Of a DNA stretch of 64,000 nt, positions 1 to 12,831 are shown piece after piece. A program made the translations under genes and the position numbers. How positions within the stretch are numbered: the first letter of the stretch is position 1; every line of letters starts with the position of its first letter. Source of the stretch: Lama glama (Eukaryota); NCBI GenBank assembly GCA_028534125.1, contig CM052817.1:85066001-85130000 (forward strand), read 5' to 3'. Under the pieces are notes generated by a model, which was not told the origin of the DNA, made no database searches, and saw only the letters and a list, made by a program, of their open reading frames with translations.

Positions 1-190
1 GAGGGGTGAGGCAGGACTCTGATAGCCCAGCAGAGAGATGACAAATGTCCACACCAGTGCACCTGAAGTCTAATGATGATAAGAAGATGGATAAAAGAGA
101 TATTTAGGGGATGGAGTCGGTTGGACTTAATAACTAACAGAATATGAAACGGAGGAGGGTAGGAAAAAAGATTTAGGATGATGTCTGACT
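1..190 (-). mobile_element. L2 LINE fragment (ancient)
   Basis: GAGAGATGA...GATGGATAAAAGAGATATTTAGGGG...GGACTT...GGATGATGTC resembles the reverse complement of the L2 3' region as I recall it; boundaries approximate. Confidence 0.6.
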
Positions 191-349
191 TGAGCCTCAT
201 ATTTGTTTCAATTACCATCTATATCCCGAACGCCATCTGATATGTTTCCCCAGCCCACTCTTCTGAATTCTCCATTTTGGTTTCTACTTACTTTAAACTC
301 GTTGTGACCAGTTGCTCTCTTGCTCCCATCGATGCTCCCTTTCATTGTA

Positions 350-940
350 ACTTAACCTCAACACATGGCATCATCATTTATTTACCTATTAGCTCAAGCC
401 ATAAAACTTGCTTGTCAGGTTTAAATTTCATTCTTCTTCCTTCTGATAAACTACCTAGTCCCATTGATTTTCCTTATAAACATTTTCTCAAATGTCTCCA
501 CTACTCTTCTTCCCACTGCCATGAATTCCCACCTCCGCTTTCTGCCGCAAGCCTAAGCTACCAAATGTCTTCTCTATTCTACCAAAATAGCTTTTTAATT
601 GTTTTCCCAACCTCACCTTCCTTCTTTCTTGCCTTTCAATCCACATTGAAGCCAAGTGATCTATAATGAGATACTTTTGAAGTCCTTAACATTAGCTATT
701 CAGCTTTGGTCTCTGCCAACAGCTTAAACCTGATCTCACACCACTTACTGCCTCCTCTGTACATACAATTTCTGTGACTCAGACCTTTTGGCCTTTCGTT
801 CTTGCTTCAGCAAATTCATATTTTTTTTTCTCTCTTTCTGAAATTCTCCTTCTCTTCTCCCACCTCTTAACATGAATAACTCTTACTCATGTTTCTCAAG
901 TCAGCTGATGTATCACTTCCTCCAGACTAGAGTAAAACCC
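350..940 (+). mobile_element. L2 LINE fragment (ancient)
   Basis: Pyrimidine-rich L2-like motifs (GCTCAAGCCATAAAACTTG, TCTTCCCACTGCC, AACTCTTACTCATGTTTCTCAAGTCAGCTGATGTATCACTTCCTCCAG); explains ORF 277..666. Confidence 0.6.
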
Positions 941-1802
941 TAGTAATAAGTTTATGTAATGCTCTAAGTCAGTTTTGTATCATTTAATAAATACTCTTTT
1001 AATAAGGAATGATGTACTAGCATGAAATTGGAGTATAATATTTCAGAGGTGGGATGGTGATAGGTAATGTGATCAAGTTGAACAGATGGAAAGAAATTAA
1101 CATTTAAGAGGTAAAGAATCTGTGGGGTTCATTTGTTAGACGGGTCAGATACAAGGAAATTAAAGGCCTTCAGGCTAACAGCAAGCATTGAAGTGGTGGA
1201 CGATATGGTCAAGTCACTGGTGAACATGTAGGAATTCAACAGAGAGTGGCACAGGCTGATCGTAAGACATTAAAGAAGGAAATAAAATTTGAGAAACAGC
1301 AATGGGATACTATTAGAATAAAGGTATGGTCACTGACTTTGTAGAATTTATTTAACATGGGAAAGGGAGTTCATATTAAGAAGTGAAAGTAAACCAGGGA
1401 TCCAGATGTATGAACTACTGTGGGGGTGAGAGTAAGGGTGATGGAGAGGAAAAATGAAGGTTATACTTGGTGAATGGGTGACAGTAGAAGAAACAGAATT
1501 TTTCATTTCAAATTTCTGAACAGAATTTAGATTAAAAGTATTCTGATGAAAAAACCCGACACAGCCTCTCTGTGGTTGGGGAAGTAATATTTATATCCTG
1601 CTGTTGAATCTCAACTGTACCAAGAGGATGAAAGTTAAACAGATCTGTGTCTAAAAAGTAGGGAGTAAGACGGTGCTAAATATCACTTGGAGTAAGAGTC
1701 TGAAAATGATAGCCTGTGGGCTGAATCTAGTCCTATAACTGATTTTCGTATGGGCTCCGAGCTGAGAGATTTTGGTTTTATATGGTTGAAAAATATCAGA
1801 AA

Positions 1803-2255
1803 AATAACATTTATATGGACTGCTTTATATTATGCCACGCGGTGTCCTCAATCTTTGCATTTGTTAGTTCATTCAATTTTGCTAACAACTCTATGTGAAG
1901 CAGGTACTATAACTCATTCTTAGATGAGGAAATTGAAACTTTGGAAGGTTAAATAAGTAGTCTTAAAGATAAGACAGTCAATGAATAGTTCACCTGGGAT
2001 TGAAACTCAGGCAGTCTTAACACAGAACCTGTGGGGTTTTTCAAAATATATATTTTTACTGAAGTATAACCAGTTTACAATGTTGTGTCAATTTGTGGTG
2101 TACAGCACAATACTTCAGTCACATAGGAACATACATATATTCATTTTCATAATTTTTTCACCATAAGTTACTACAATATGAATATGGTTCCCTGCGCTAT
2201 ACAGTATAAACTTGTTATTTATCTATTTAGAACCTGTGTTTTAACCTGCTTTCCC
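1803..2255 (-). mobile_element. MIR SINE (split by L1 insertion)
   Basis: MIR core reverse complement: ATTCTTAGATGAGGAAATTGAAACTTTGGAAGGTTAAATAAGT...CTGGGATTGAAACTCAGGCAGTCT; resumes at 2229 AGAACCTGTGTTTTAACC. Confidence 0.75.
2034..2228 (-). mobile_element. 5'-truncated L1 3' end (artiodactyl-type)
   Basis: TTTACTGAAGTATAACCAGTTTACAATGTTGTGTCAATTTGTGGTGTACAGC...TTCCCTGCGCTATACAGTA; perfect 10-bp TSD AGAACCTGTG at 2024-2033 and 2229-2238. Confidence 0.85.
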
Positions 2256-3429
2256 ATATGAAAAGTTAGTCCGTATTATGAGGGAAGTCTGTAAGTGTGA
2301 ACAAGAGAAATGCAGAAAACACATTCTGGTGTGGTCCCAGGATGAAGCTTCAGAGAAGCAAGGGAAGGCTTTGCAGAAGAGTAAGAGCATGTTTCTACCA
2401 TGATGACTGAGTTAAATTTGAATCCTAATTAATCAGAATGTTTCCCCTACCAAAGAAAGAATTCCATTCTTCTCATTAGTAGAATTTTAACTATAAAAGT
2501 TTTACTCAATTGTTATTATTATCATTATTATTATCAGTTATATTTTGAGTTTTGTCAATTAAAAATTTACAGGTTTGTTTTTCTCCCTTTTGTTACCAGT
2601 ACCTTCATAATATCATTGATTTTGTCTCTTGCCTCACAAAGCCTAACATATTTACTTACCTTGCCCTTGACAGAAAAAGTTTAACAGCTTTTGACTTAGA
2701 GTAATAATCTACAGCTTACTCAACCCCAACTGCAAATTAGGTTAAACGTGGAGTATATACGACCGTGTCTACCATCAGTGTCTAGTAAGATCAGTTGAAT
2801 GTCTTTGCATCATATTTGCTTAGATTTCTCTAACCTGTCTGTGATCCATTTTTCTATTATTCCTAGTCTCGCACTAACTAGAAGAACGAAACCAGAATGT
2901 CTCCCAGTGCAGGGAGTTTGCTTTCTCCATAGAGGATTTTGCCAGTGGGAAGTACATCTGTTCTTGCTGTTTGAGGTTTCTTTGTTAGTTTGCTCCTCCC
3001 CCGCAGCCAATATCAGTTGTCCCCTGTGCATATATTCACTTCATTTCGGCCAAATTTTACCAGATGTTAGCTGTGTTACTGAGAAGGGAAGATGGACAAA
3101 ATCCAGAATCCCAGATCAACTATCTCCTGCCAAAGCTCACCTTAATTCCTGAGAGGTATATATACAGCAAATTCCCTATATAAAGCATCTCGCGTTGACA
3201 ATTGCAGTGTCAATCAGTTTTTTTTTCCCAGTGTGTACAAGCTGTTATATTTGTGTACAAGGAGGCCTAACATAATATCCATATTGTTTCCAAAATGAAA
3301 ATTATATTATTTTCAGTTTAATTTTTATTTTTTACACATCTATATATCCAAAAGAAACTAAACTTAATGTTGCTAATGTAAACAGCAAATACCACCAAAT
3401 CTAGACCGTGAATTCCTAGTCCAGAAAGC

Positions 3430-3680
3430 CTAGAATGCCAAAGAGAGTAAGTTGTATAGTGCCCATCACCTTCAGAGGACCAGTCAAGGGGCACAGCCAG
3501 CCAGAGAAGAGCTCCCAGGAGAGAAGCAGGAGAATAAATTTCCTGAAATAGCTCTTCTTCCCTAATTCACTCTCCAGATATCTTCATTGACTGACCCCAT
3601 AGCCAGAGGTCACGAGGTAGAAAGCAGGGTGGGAAAAGGTGGGGAGTAAATTTGGAGGGACCAAGAGAAGATGTTCCTCA
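3430..3680 (-). mobile_element. ERVL LTR fragment (LTR33-like)
   Basis: AGCAGGGTGGGAAAAGGTGGGGAGTAAATTTGGAGGGACCAAGAGAAGATGTTCC resembles the reverse complement of the LTR33 5' end as recalled. Confidence 0.55.
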
Positions 3681-5019
3681 TCGTTTTCCTTTCCTTATGA
3701 TGTCAGTTAATACCCACCTGTGTATATGTGCTGTCACTGCACTAGACCTGGAAATATTATATTAAATGAAGCTTTATGGTCTAGTCTAAAGGTCATTTTG
3801 ATGGGTAGTTTAGTTTTGTGGAATGAAAGAGTTAGATCAAGGTGTGCTAGGACCAAAGGGTACAAAACATATGTAGATTAAACAAACAGTTAAGAATCAC
3901 AGATGAAGCATTGTTCTCTTTTATTTTCACAACAGATGGTTGAATGAAATACTCCAATAAACTCAGAATACTGATTTAATAATGGAATATTATCAGCAAA
4001 GCTCATTTAGAATATGTAATTGGTTTACATCCTTGATTATATGTGCAAATACCTCCTAAGAAAATAATAGTTTAATTTGGTTCAGTAGTCATTTCAAGAC
4101 TTTGAACCTTATGGTTTCTAAATTTTTGTGTAGCATGATAGTCTAGAAAAGCAATATGCATTTATAAGTTGAAAATTATCCAATCTAAGTTGTTTCTAGG
4201 AGAGTAAATAATACTGCCACTAGAATGAAGGAAAGTTCCTATAGAAAACCTATTACACTGTGGTACAAGTCAAGAGAAACTGGTAATCATCAATTTTTGG
4301 TGTGTATTCAAGTTGAGGTAATAAAATTGATACCCCAAATACTCCCACTAAAATTGCCATATTAATAACAATGGCAATAATACCCTATAAATATAAAGAA
4401 ACAGCTCAGAGGGAAAAAATTTTTGTTGCTGTTAGAGTAGGTCACAGATTCTTAAAAGATTTAAGCTGAAACTCACTTCAGTTTGCCATTTGTCTCAAAG
4501 TGATTCTGTAGACTAGAGACCAGTAATTAATGCAATAGACATTTATTTCCTTGTTTTAAAGACTTTATCACCTCCCTAACACTATGTAGTCTCTCTGTAA
4601 TGAGATCAAACAAGAGACTCATATCCTACTTGTGGTCGGCTAAGATCCCCATAAAATTTTCCATTAGCTAGTCTGAAGCTAAATCTCTTTCTTAAATGTA
4701 TTTTTTAAATCCTCAAATCAAGTACATTGTATATCAGGTAACCATGTTACTTTAATTTGTTTTTGTTTTGTTTTAAGTCAATTATTCTAGTTTATACTAT
4801 ACTTTATTCACATTCATTCTGCCATCTGGCATATTAACTATTCTTCCTCTTTGTGTTTGTGTCACAATTTTGATGATGATAGACTCAGGATGGAAACCTG
4901 TGGTGTATCAGTGGAGACATCCTAACAAGCTGACAGAGATTAATTAAGCAGCATCAGCCCTGAATTTATCTAACTGCATGGCTTTAAACCTTTCTATTTA
5001 AAAAAAAAATTCATCAATG

Positions 5020-5620
5020 CACATTCTTAATTATTTATTAAGCTCTGACTATGTGAAAGAAACTGGGCCAGGAGATGGGAACAAAATGAAAAAGCCATGA
5101 TCTCTACCTCACAGGCTACCCAGGAACACTGTCACATTTACAGGTTACCGTAGTTAATGTGGTAGGAACTATACAAAGTCTCAGAGAAATGATGGTGCCC
5201 AGGAGGTCTAACAGAAAGAGTACATGGATGGTCTAGGCACCCAAGGTACATGGCTAACTTTCCCTGTTGCTTACTCTGTGTCAGAAATTATTCTAAATGC
5301 TTTAATATGTTAGCTCATTTAATCCTCACAATATTAGAAGACTCTTTGAGATGGGTTTCAAGGTCACATATTTAGCTCTTGGTGAAGTCTAGATTTGAAC
5401 ATTGGTAATCTCTGACTAGAGCCTGTGGTCTCTAGGGCCAAATTTTAACACCCATAAATACCAAATTAAGAGTAGTTACCTTATTATTGCTAGTAACAGG
5501 CAAGTATCAAGAAGTGATTAAAAATTAACGGATGCAGTTACATATTTAAGAAAGATGATTCTAGGGTCAGTTTGAAAAGTGGAGTGAATAAAGGCATTTA
5601 AGGAGACTGGAAAACTAGAA
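5020..5620 (-). mobile_element. L2 3' end with an intervening MIR fragment (~5270-5430)
   Basis: ATTTATTAAGCTCTGACTATGTG...ACTGGGCCAGGAGATGGG (L2 tail, reverse strand); TTAGCTCATTTAATCCTCACAA...CAAGGTCACAT...AGATTTGAAC (MIR). Confidence 0.55.
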
Positions 5621-7623
5621 TTTTTGACTTCTGTACAGAGGGCAGGAGGGCCTGAGCATGGGCGAGATTTTAGTTACTCTGATCAGTTCCACCTCCATAC
5701 CCATGACCCTGCTTATGAACTGTGTCACAAGAATTCCTAAAAATTTCTCCCTCTTCACCTAGTACCTCATGGAATCTCCTCCAATTGCTACCCACCAAAA
5801 CTACTTGCTCTGCACTATTTTTGTAGACCTGATTCTAGGCTTGCTCATGACAAGTTGCACTGCTTCTTGATATCTTAGACCTAGATTTGACTTCCTAAAG
5901 TCATACTTCATCCTTTCCCACTTTTGCACCAACTTTATTTCCTAGGACTCCTAATTTGAGACTAAGCTTGGTCAGGACACTTAAAATGAAGCAGAAGGGG
6001 TGTTTTAACAAGAAACTTGATCCTTTCACTCAAAGATCTTACTGAGCCTCAGAGCAGGTTTTTGAGGCATCTCTCTTTCCGTGTCCACTTCTCGCGAGCC
6101 TCAAAGTCCAATGGTTTTACCTCCACAATACATTTTGAAGGATCTAGGTCAATACTACCTGGGCTTAACTATAAATAGTGTAATCCTCTCTTACGCCTAC
6201 TGTAAACATCACCTATAAATGTTCCATGAGGTTTGCTTCTGTGGCAAATCTGAAATCGTTCATGGAATGGGAGCAGTTAATAATGTATTGACTATTCTAT
6301 TTATACACATTCATACATATTACACCAGTGTGTCAATGTGTAGGTTGTGACTAAAGGCCACACCCTGACTAGCAGCCATCACACAGAGAACACAGCAGAT
6401 AAATTCACTGTGATTTATAAAAGTGATATGCATTCTTAATATGAATTATTTGTTTAATTAACACCTTCTGCCTTAACAAGGTGTGTTAACATATGGAAGC
6501 ATCTGTTGAGCCTGGCCTCCTGATGTGAAATGCAAGATTTCTGAAATTTAAACATTTGCACGGATATATGAACACACATTCAGTGGCTGTAATTGGCATA
6601 GCTCTCATTTAAACAAATAGTTTTATGGATAAAAGTGTAAAAAAATCACAATTGATTACCTCCACCCCCCAAAAACAATGTTAAAAAAAAATCACAATTC
6701 ATGATGAGGTAAATTCTTATTCTAAAGCTGTGTTGCTCCAGTATATAACAACTAGCCATTCTAGTCACTACAATAATGCAGTTTGTTAGACAGTTGGAGC
6801 AATCCGAGGAATTAGCATTAATCTGAAAAAGCTTTATAAAAGAAAACACTTTGTAAAAGTAGGTAAGAAAACTTAGTGGGAAAGCGGAAGGGCAACCCAC
6901 TGTACGGAAGCAGAGAGTGAGAATTTTTAAAATTTGTCTCAGGATTTTTGATGCCCCTTCTAAGGTACATGTGGGGAAAAAATCAATTATAATACAGAAA
7001 ATAAACAACTGCAAGAGTATATTTGAGGGAGGTTAGGGTAAAGTCAACTGAAGTCTGTGATTAGAAGTTTCAGATTCATTTGACAGGTAAGTAGGAGTCA
7101 GTGTAGGAGTCAAAAGGGGTGAACTGACTGCAGTATATAAATCAGTAGTGGAAGAAGTAGCCTATCACCTGACAGCTTTAGCTACCGTTCAGTCATAGAG
7201 TGTTTAGGAGTGAAGCCAAACATTATGATGGCAAGAATCAAAAAGAAATTTATAGACACAAGAAATATCTGAGGAAGAAAAGAGTAAAATAAATGAGTGA
7301 CTGTCTTGATCCTTAAAACTGTGAACAACTGAACAGTATTAACAATGGAAGAGATTTTAGGTAAGGAAAGAGGTTTTGCAGTTGTAAGTAAGGAAATAAT
7401 TTCTGTATAGAAATATTGGCTATTAGATATCAGTGTGCAAGTAGAAATATTTTTGAAGGGCCAAAATTTTTTTTAAGAATAAGTTAAGTCTCTATCAGTA
7501 GAAATATTCAGAAGTCTGTATTATTGGCTGACCAGCACATGGACCAGATGCTGCAAATTTAGTTTTCCATCTGTGTGACTTTTTCAGTTGTATTATTAAC
7601 ATTGTCTCCTTTCAAGAGTTCCT

Positions 7624-7624
<1 letters not shown>

Positions 7625-7659
<35 letters not shown>

Positions 7660-7670
7660 TGTGTGTGTGT
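7625..7670. repeat. (GT)n microsatellite
   Basis: About 17 pure GT units, one interruption, then more GT. Confidence 0.97.
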
Positions 7671-8139
7671 TTAATATCTATCCATCCATTATTTCCCAGG
7701 CCTTTTCTCTTTCTTGGAAATGTCCCCAAAGTCATGTCTAATTTCAAAGCCCCTCAGCCACGCCCCAAATTCCCTGACCCCCCTTTTATTTTTAGAGAAA
7801 CCCTCCTTTCTCTTTCCTAGTTTGCTTTAGAGGAACCCTCAGTTTCATTTCTTCTCAAACTCAATTGTTATCTAGTTCTTTCATGATAGTCCTGAAGTTT
7901 TGTCAAAACTAGATCTGAATCATTAGCAACTGAAAAAGACTTTGACTTTCTTTGAGAGATTCGGAATTAAACTTCAGGAAGAAAGGAAATCATTCTCATC
8001 TCACTCTGCCGTTATGACAAATAAAGGAAATAAAACAGCAATGTTTCAGTATTCGAACAATCCAAACATTTTAATCCTGTACACAGTCATAAAAAATAAA
8101 TGTTGATGAAGTGATTAAGTGACGTAGTTGAAGGCTTAT

Positions 8140-8535
8140 CCCTTGTCACTTTCCACCACAAAGGGTGGGAAACCTTCCTTGCAGCTTGACATGGGCCTGT
8201 GACACAGCTCTGTTCCCAAGGGGAGGAAGGTCATCTGGTTGTGATGGTGGTGGATAAAGGTTTTTTTGGTAAAATGATCAAATGAGGGTGAATAGGATGT
8301 GATACCTGGAGATGCAGCATTCTCTCTATGACCACAAGGCAAGGCAACAGGCTGTGCCCTGAGGATAGTGAAGCAGGAAAATGAAGGTCCCGGGTCATGG
8401 ATGGATTCTGGGAACAACTGAACCACTACCATCAACTGTCTACATTCTAGCATTTCTTATTGCATGAGAGAAATTTCTTTGATTCATTATTGGTCTGGTT
8501 TTCTGTCATTTGCAATCAAAACTAGTACTAACACA
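8140..8535 (+). mobile_element. MaLR LTR (MLT1-type)
   Basis: TGATACCTGGAGATGCAGCA...ATGACCACAAGG...TTGGTCTGGTTTTCTGTCATTTGCAATCAAAACTAGTACTAACACA, typical MLT1 3' end. Confidence 0.65.
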
Positions 8536-9789
8536 TTGTTCAAAGCTTCATCCTCATGAATACATGCCCTGGAGCCGACACTGTAACAAAGCCAAGTGTA
8601 TTTCTCATAGATGAGGACTCTTGTCCATTGTGGCCCTGACCATCAGCATCCCCTGGGGAGAAAAGCTTGTTTAACTTTAGCTGTGTCTGTTTGAGCTACA
8701 AATCTAAGAGTAGGAAGGAGGGAAAGGTATTGAATATTAGCTGGATACTGTCTTTTCCTCCACCCCACTTGAATGAAACCATTTTCTTCCTATGGCTAAA
8801 ATCAGTCTTGCAAATTGGCTTCTTCTGTCTCAGTTACCAGTTCAGGACACATGTTCAGACACACTTGGATCCTTACTTTGTCCACGTTGGGATGTCCAGT
8901 ATTTTTATAACACTTACACAACTTACTGAATTACAAGTATCTGGAGTGGCAATATGTTATTCAACAGCTCTCAAGTAGTGATGTAGACAAGCCCACCCCA
9001 TTTATTAGCACAAATTGGTAAGAACTAGTCATAGATCTTATCTATGACTAGTTCTCTGTCTAGATTTTGGATAAATAAGTTCCCTTCTTAGGAATTGTTG
9101 TTTCCTCTAGATATCAATCTTAGGTCTTTAACTTAACTTCATAGGACTTGTGATTTCTTTTCCGTCCACCATTAACTTTTTCACACTCTTAGATGTTCAG
9201 ATTGTTAGAAGAAACTTTTCTTACAGATTATCACAGCTCTCTTGTTTTAATATATTTCTTTTTCTACTTTAATCAGTTTTGTATAGTCTTCCAAAGTTTT
9301 TCTTCTCAAAGTTTGTTGACCACTTTGAAGTTATCTTCACCTTGAAAATATTCCTTCATAATATTATAAGATCATCTATTAAGTAAAATATGCCAGACAA
9401 TATATGTTACAAATATTATAATCTGAGTTTAGGTTATTTATTTACATGTCATATAGCTTAAAGTATTAACAATATACAGTGTTTCATATATTTTTAGAAT
9501 ATTTAAACATCTAGTTTCTACAAATATGGTTTTTATGTCCTTACTGTATTTCGTATTGGCTTGATGAGGAAAACTTGTGTATCATTAGGGCAAAATTAAA
9601 TTCCTGACTTTATAGTTATATACAAAAGTGAAAGCTTGAGTTTCCTATATATATTGTTTAAATCATTCAATAATTTCAAAACTATTTTTAATTATACATT
9701 TTTAAAAAAAAACCTAGTGTTTCCTATAGCCACAGAGTACATTGTGACAAATGCAATCACTGGAAGGCTTGTTCTGCCGTCTAGGGCAG

Positions 9790-9940
9790 TAGAAGGAACG
9801 TGGGCTTTAGAATTTAGCGAGGGCGGGCTTAGCATCGCCTTTCCACACTCTGTCTCTGTCACCTTGAGGGCATCACTTTACTTCTCTACACCTCAGTGGC
9901 CTTAATTGTAAGTGGTAATAATAGTGGCTATTTAGTATTG
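9790..9940 (+). mobile_element. MIR SINE
   Basis: GTGGGCTTTAGAATT...TGTCACCTTGAGGGCATCACTTTACTTCTCTACACCTCAGT core. Confidence 0.6.
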
Positions 9941-10849
9941 TGATGTTTTTCTTCATCTCTTTTAAAATTAAACATATAAACCAACAAACCTTTTTTCTGA
10001 CAATACCTTTGTTCTCTGACAACTAAAGATTTAATTTCCTCATGGAATGAACCTTTTTGAATTAACTAGGTTTATTCTCCAAACCAAACTTCCTCCATTT
10101 CAGAATAGCTTAAAATTTTTGGACTAATGCTACTGTTCTGTGTTTACATTTATGACAAGTTTTTTTCTCTCTCTGTCACTCATGGCTTCAGTTATTTGAG
10201 ATATAGCAAATGCATTGACCATTCCTTTGATGAACTTATTGGCTTGTTAACTCTCTGCCTAAGATAGAATGTTTGCTATTTCCTGTCATTTTCATGTAGG
10301 TTATTCCTGCTTGAGCTGTGTTTTTCACAGATTTAAAAGTGAAAAAACTAGCCACATTTCTCTTTTTAAATGTCCTTCTCATTCAGATGATCCTTCTCAT
10401 TGGCATTCGGTGGCGTCTCTAGCACTTACCATCACCTGTTACTGCAGCTTTATTTGTAAAAATGGTGAAGTGTCTTTCGGTTTCCCTGGTGTCATGACGC
10501 AAGGGGACTCAGAAGGAAAGTATGGTGAGCCCAGTAGTGGTGAGATCCACTGGGCAGAGAAAGGAGACCAGGCTCAGGAGAGGTGACGCAGCAGCAGCTC
10601 TGGGCCTGCCTCCCAGGCCCTCGTTCAGCTCTGATTTCAGCTGTGACTGTGGTGGATGGCTTTCTACAAACTCAGACTCATCTGACACCAACTCACCTGA
10701 AGTTGACCATGTGTCTTTCCATTCTCTGATTTGGAGAATTCTCTGGCACTACAGGAACCTGCTTAATCTACTCTGCCATCTTTTAAGCGAACAATTCTGA
10801 ATGACATCATTTTTTATACTTCTCAGAAGGTTTCAGAAGGTCAAGCCAA

Positions 10850-11020
10850 TCTGTCTCTTAGTAGTAACCTCAAAGTGCTTCCTACTCCAGGTTTTTCTTT
10901 CTTCCATGACCAGTCTGCCTCCTCCTTTTCTCCTGCTTCATGAAGTCAGCCATCCAATACACCACCTCCACCCAAACCCTTATCTCTGACTCTGCTTCTG
11001 GGGAATCTGCACCTAGAACA
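10850..11020 (+). mobile_element. ERVL LTR 3' end (LTR16-like)
   Basis: CCAATACACCACCTCCACCCAAACCCTTATCTCTGACTCTGCTTCTGGGGAATCTGCACCTAGAACA resembles the LTR16 terminus. Confidence 0.55.
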
Positions 11021-12084
11021 GGTGTATTCTGTGAAAGGTTGCCCCTTATTCATATAGTTCCCAAGGGCAATACCCAGAAAAGCACCTAAACCCAGGAATG
11101 GTGCAAACAATGTGGGTATAAGAAGGAAATCTAATTTTGTAGTTAGATTCAGACAAGAAGGAAAGAGGGTGACACCATTTTTGTTCTGGGTAGTTGGCCC
11201 ATTCATAGTGGGGTCTCAGCAGACAACTGAGAAAATGAGAGCCTTTATAACAGCAAGGTGTGGTACAGCCAGATATGGCAATTCCAGCACAGAGCTCCTG
11301 GCTCACCCATCCGAGGAATGAATCTGCTGATAGAGGACCTAAGTTGGAAACTCATATATGACACTGTTTCAACATGTCAAGGTCAAGTGAGGAATGCTGC
11401 AATTCAGAAGCTACATAGGAGTCCCAAACTCATTTATAGAACCTGAAATACTAGGTATTTGCAATAAGATGACTCCAAACATTTTAAGCTAGTTTTCTGG
11501 GTTGCTTTTTGTTCTTATTTTCCAAGTGAAGGGCATTTGTCACTTCGTCTTCCTATTTGAGGAAAATAAGAGCTAACACAAATAGATCGGTATTTTTCTA
11601 TTTTTTATGTTAATACAGTGGAGGCACTTGGAGTTTAGAGAGATGGAAGAAGGAAGGAGGATAACTCCCTGTCTCCCTTTGTCCTTGGAACCTCAGAGTC
11701 ACTTTCATGGAATCCTTTGTGTTCCAGGAAACAAGGACCCTTGTCTTATGTGGCTTTAATTCTCCATAGTGTCTACTTGATGAAAAGTTTTGAAACTTAA
11801 CTTCCACAATGCACAATTAAATGGATAATTCTTAGAGGTGAAAGGGATAATTTATAAAGGATGCTTATATTTCCCAGATTTCTGAAGCAGTCTGAGCAGA
11901 GAAAATGCAGAACAGGTGGTACCTTTAAGGCCTCGATACAACATCCAACCAGTAACTAGATAAACAATTACCATGGAGATGGCTTAACTTTCTGTTGCTG
12001 TCCTTCTGGAAAAAAGGGTTTGTCATGTGGCATAGCTTTGGCTGCTATGTTAGGCTCCGTGGGAAAATTCTCCCAGTTGCTGAC

Positions 12085-12250
12085 GGGTCTTGCAAGCCAT
12101 AAGATCTGTGTTCAAATCTCAGCTTTATCACATGGTGACCATATAACTTTGGACAAGTCACCTCATTTCAGTGTTTCCCTTTCTGCTAAATGAGTGGTTA
12201 TCTTGAAATAGATAACCAATATCCAAGGCCCCTTCAAACTCTAACAATTT
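12085..12250 (+). mobile_element. MIR/MIR3 SINE
   Basis: GATCTGTGTTCAAATCTCAGCTTT...ACTTTGGACAAGTCACCTC...CAAGGCCCCTTCAAACTCTAACAATT. Confidence 0.65.
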
Positions 12251-12831
12251 ATTCTAGTTCACAAGCAGCCCAAATGTTCATAAAATATTCTGGAATTGAC
12301 AGTACATGAGATTCTCAAGTGAACAAAATGAGTCGTTTTTGGATATTTATATTAAACATTTAACGATCATTTTATTCCTCTCAAAATGCATATTTATTTT
12401 TGGTTTAGGCACTGAGGTGTAGATTTAAGTTTTGTTGGCATGAATGCTCTGGCCATTTTTATAAAAGAATGATACACTTGGGAGATTAAAAATTCTAAAA
12501 TGCAAAAAAGCCTAGGAAACGTAAACTATATTTTAGTGAACCAACTGATTTTGCAATTGTCAAATGCATTTTTATATTCACGTTCACAATAGGTTTCATT
12601 AGAGATTCTTAGCATATTTTTACTACATGATTAAAACCTTTATAATGTTTGAAGACATCTCTCCTAAAAGAACAAATGCAATAGATACAGATGAACTCAA
12701 ATAAGATAATACATGTGAAAAAAATCTTTAATTATAAAGTGTTATAAACATGTAAAGGAGTATTATAATTAGGTGTAATATAGTTACTGAAGTTGTATGA
12801 ATTATTTATAGATAATTTTTAATCTTTTTTT

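Larger units (their letters stand above)
1693..2693 (+). mobile_element. hAT-Charlie (MER58/Cheshire-like) non-autonomous DNA transposon, interrupted
   Basis: Left end GCCTGTGGGCTGAATCTAG...GAGCTGAGAGAT...ATGGTTGAAAAA; right end GAATTCCATTCTTCTCATTAGTAG...CACAAAGCCTAACATATTTACT...CCCTTGACAGAAAAAGTT; flanked by 8-bp direct repeat ACTTGGAG (1685-1692) / ACTTAGAG (2694-2701). Confidence 0.7.

Noticed and set aside
277..666. 129-aa ORF
   Set aside because: Non-ATG start, lies in decayed L2, S/L/P/F-rich composition typical of non-coding pyrimidine-rich DNA
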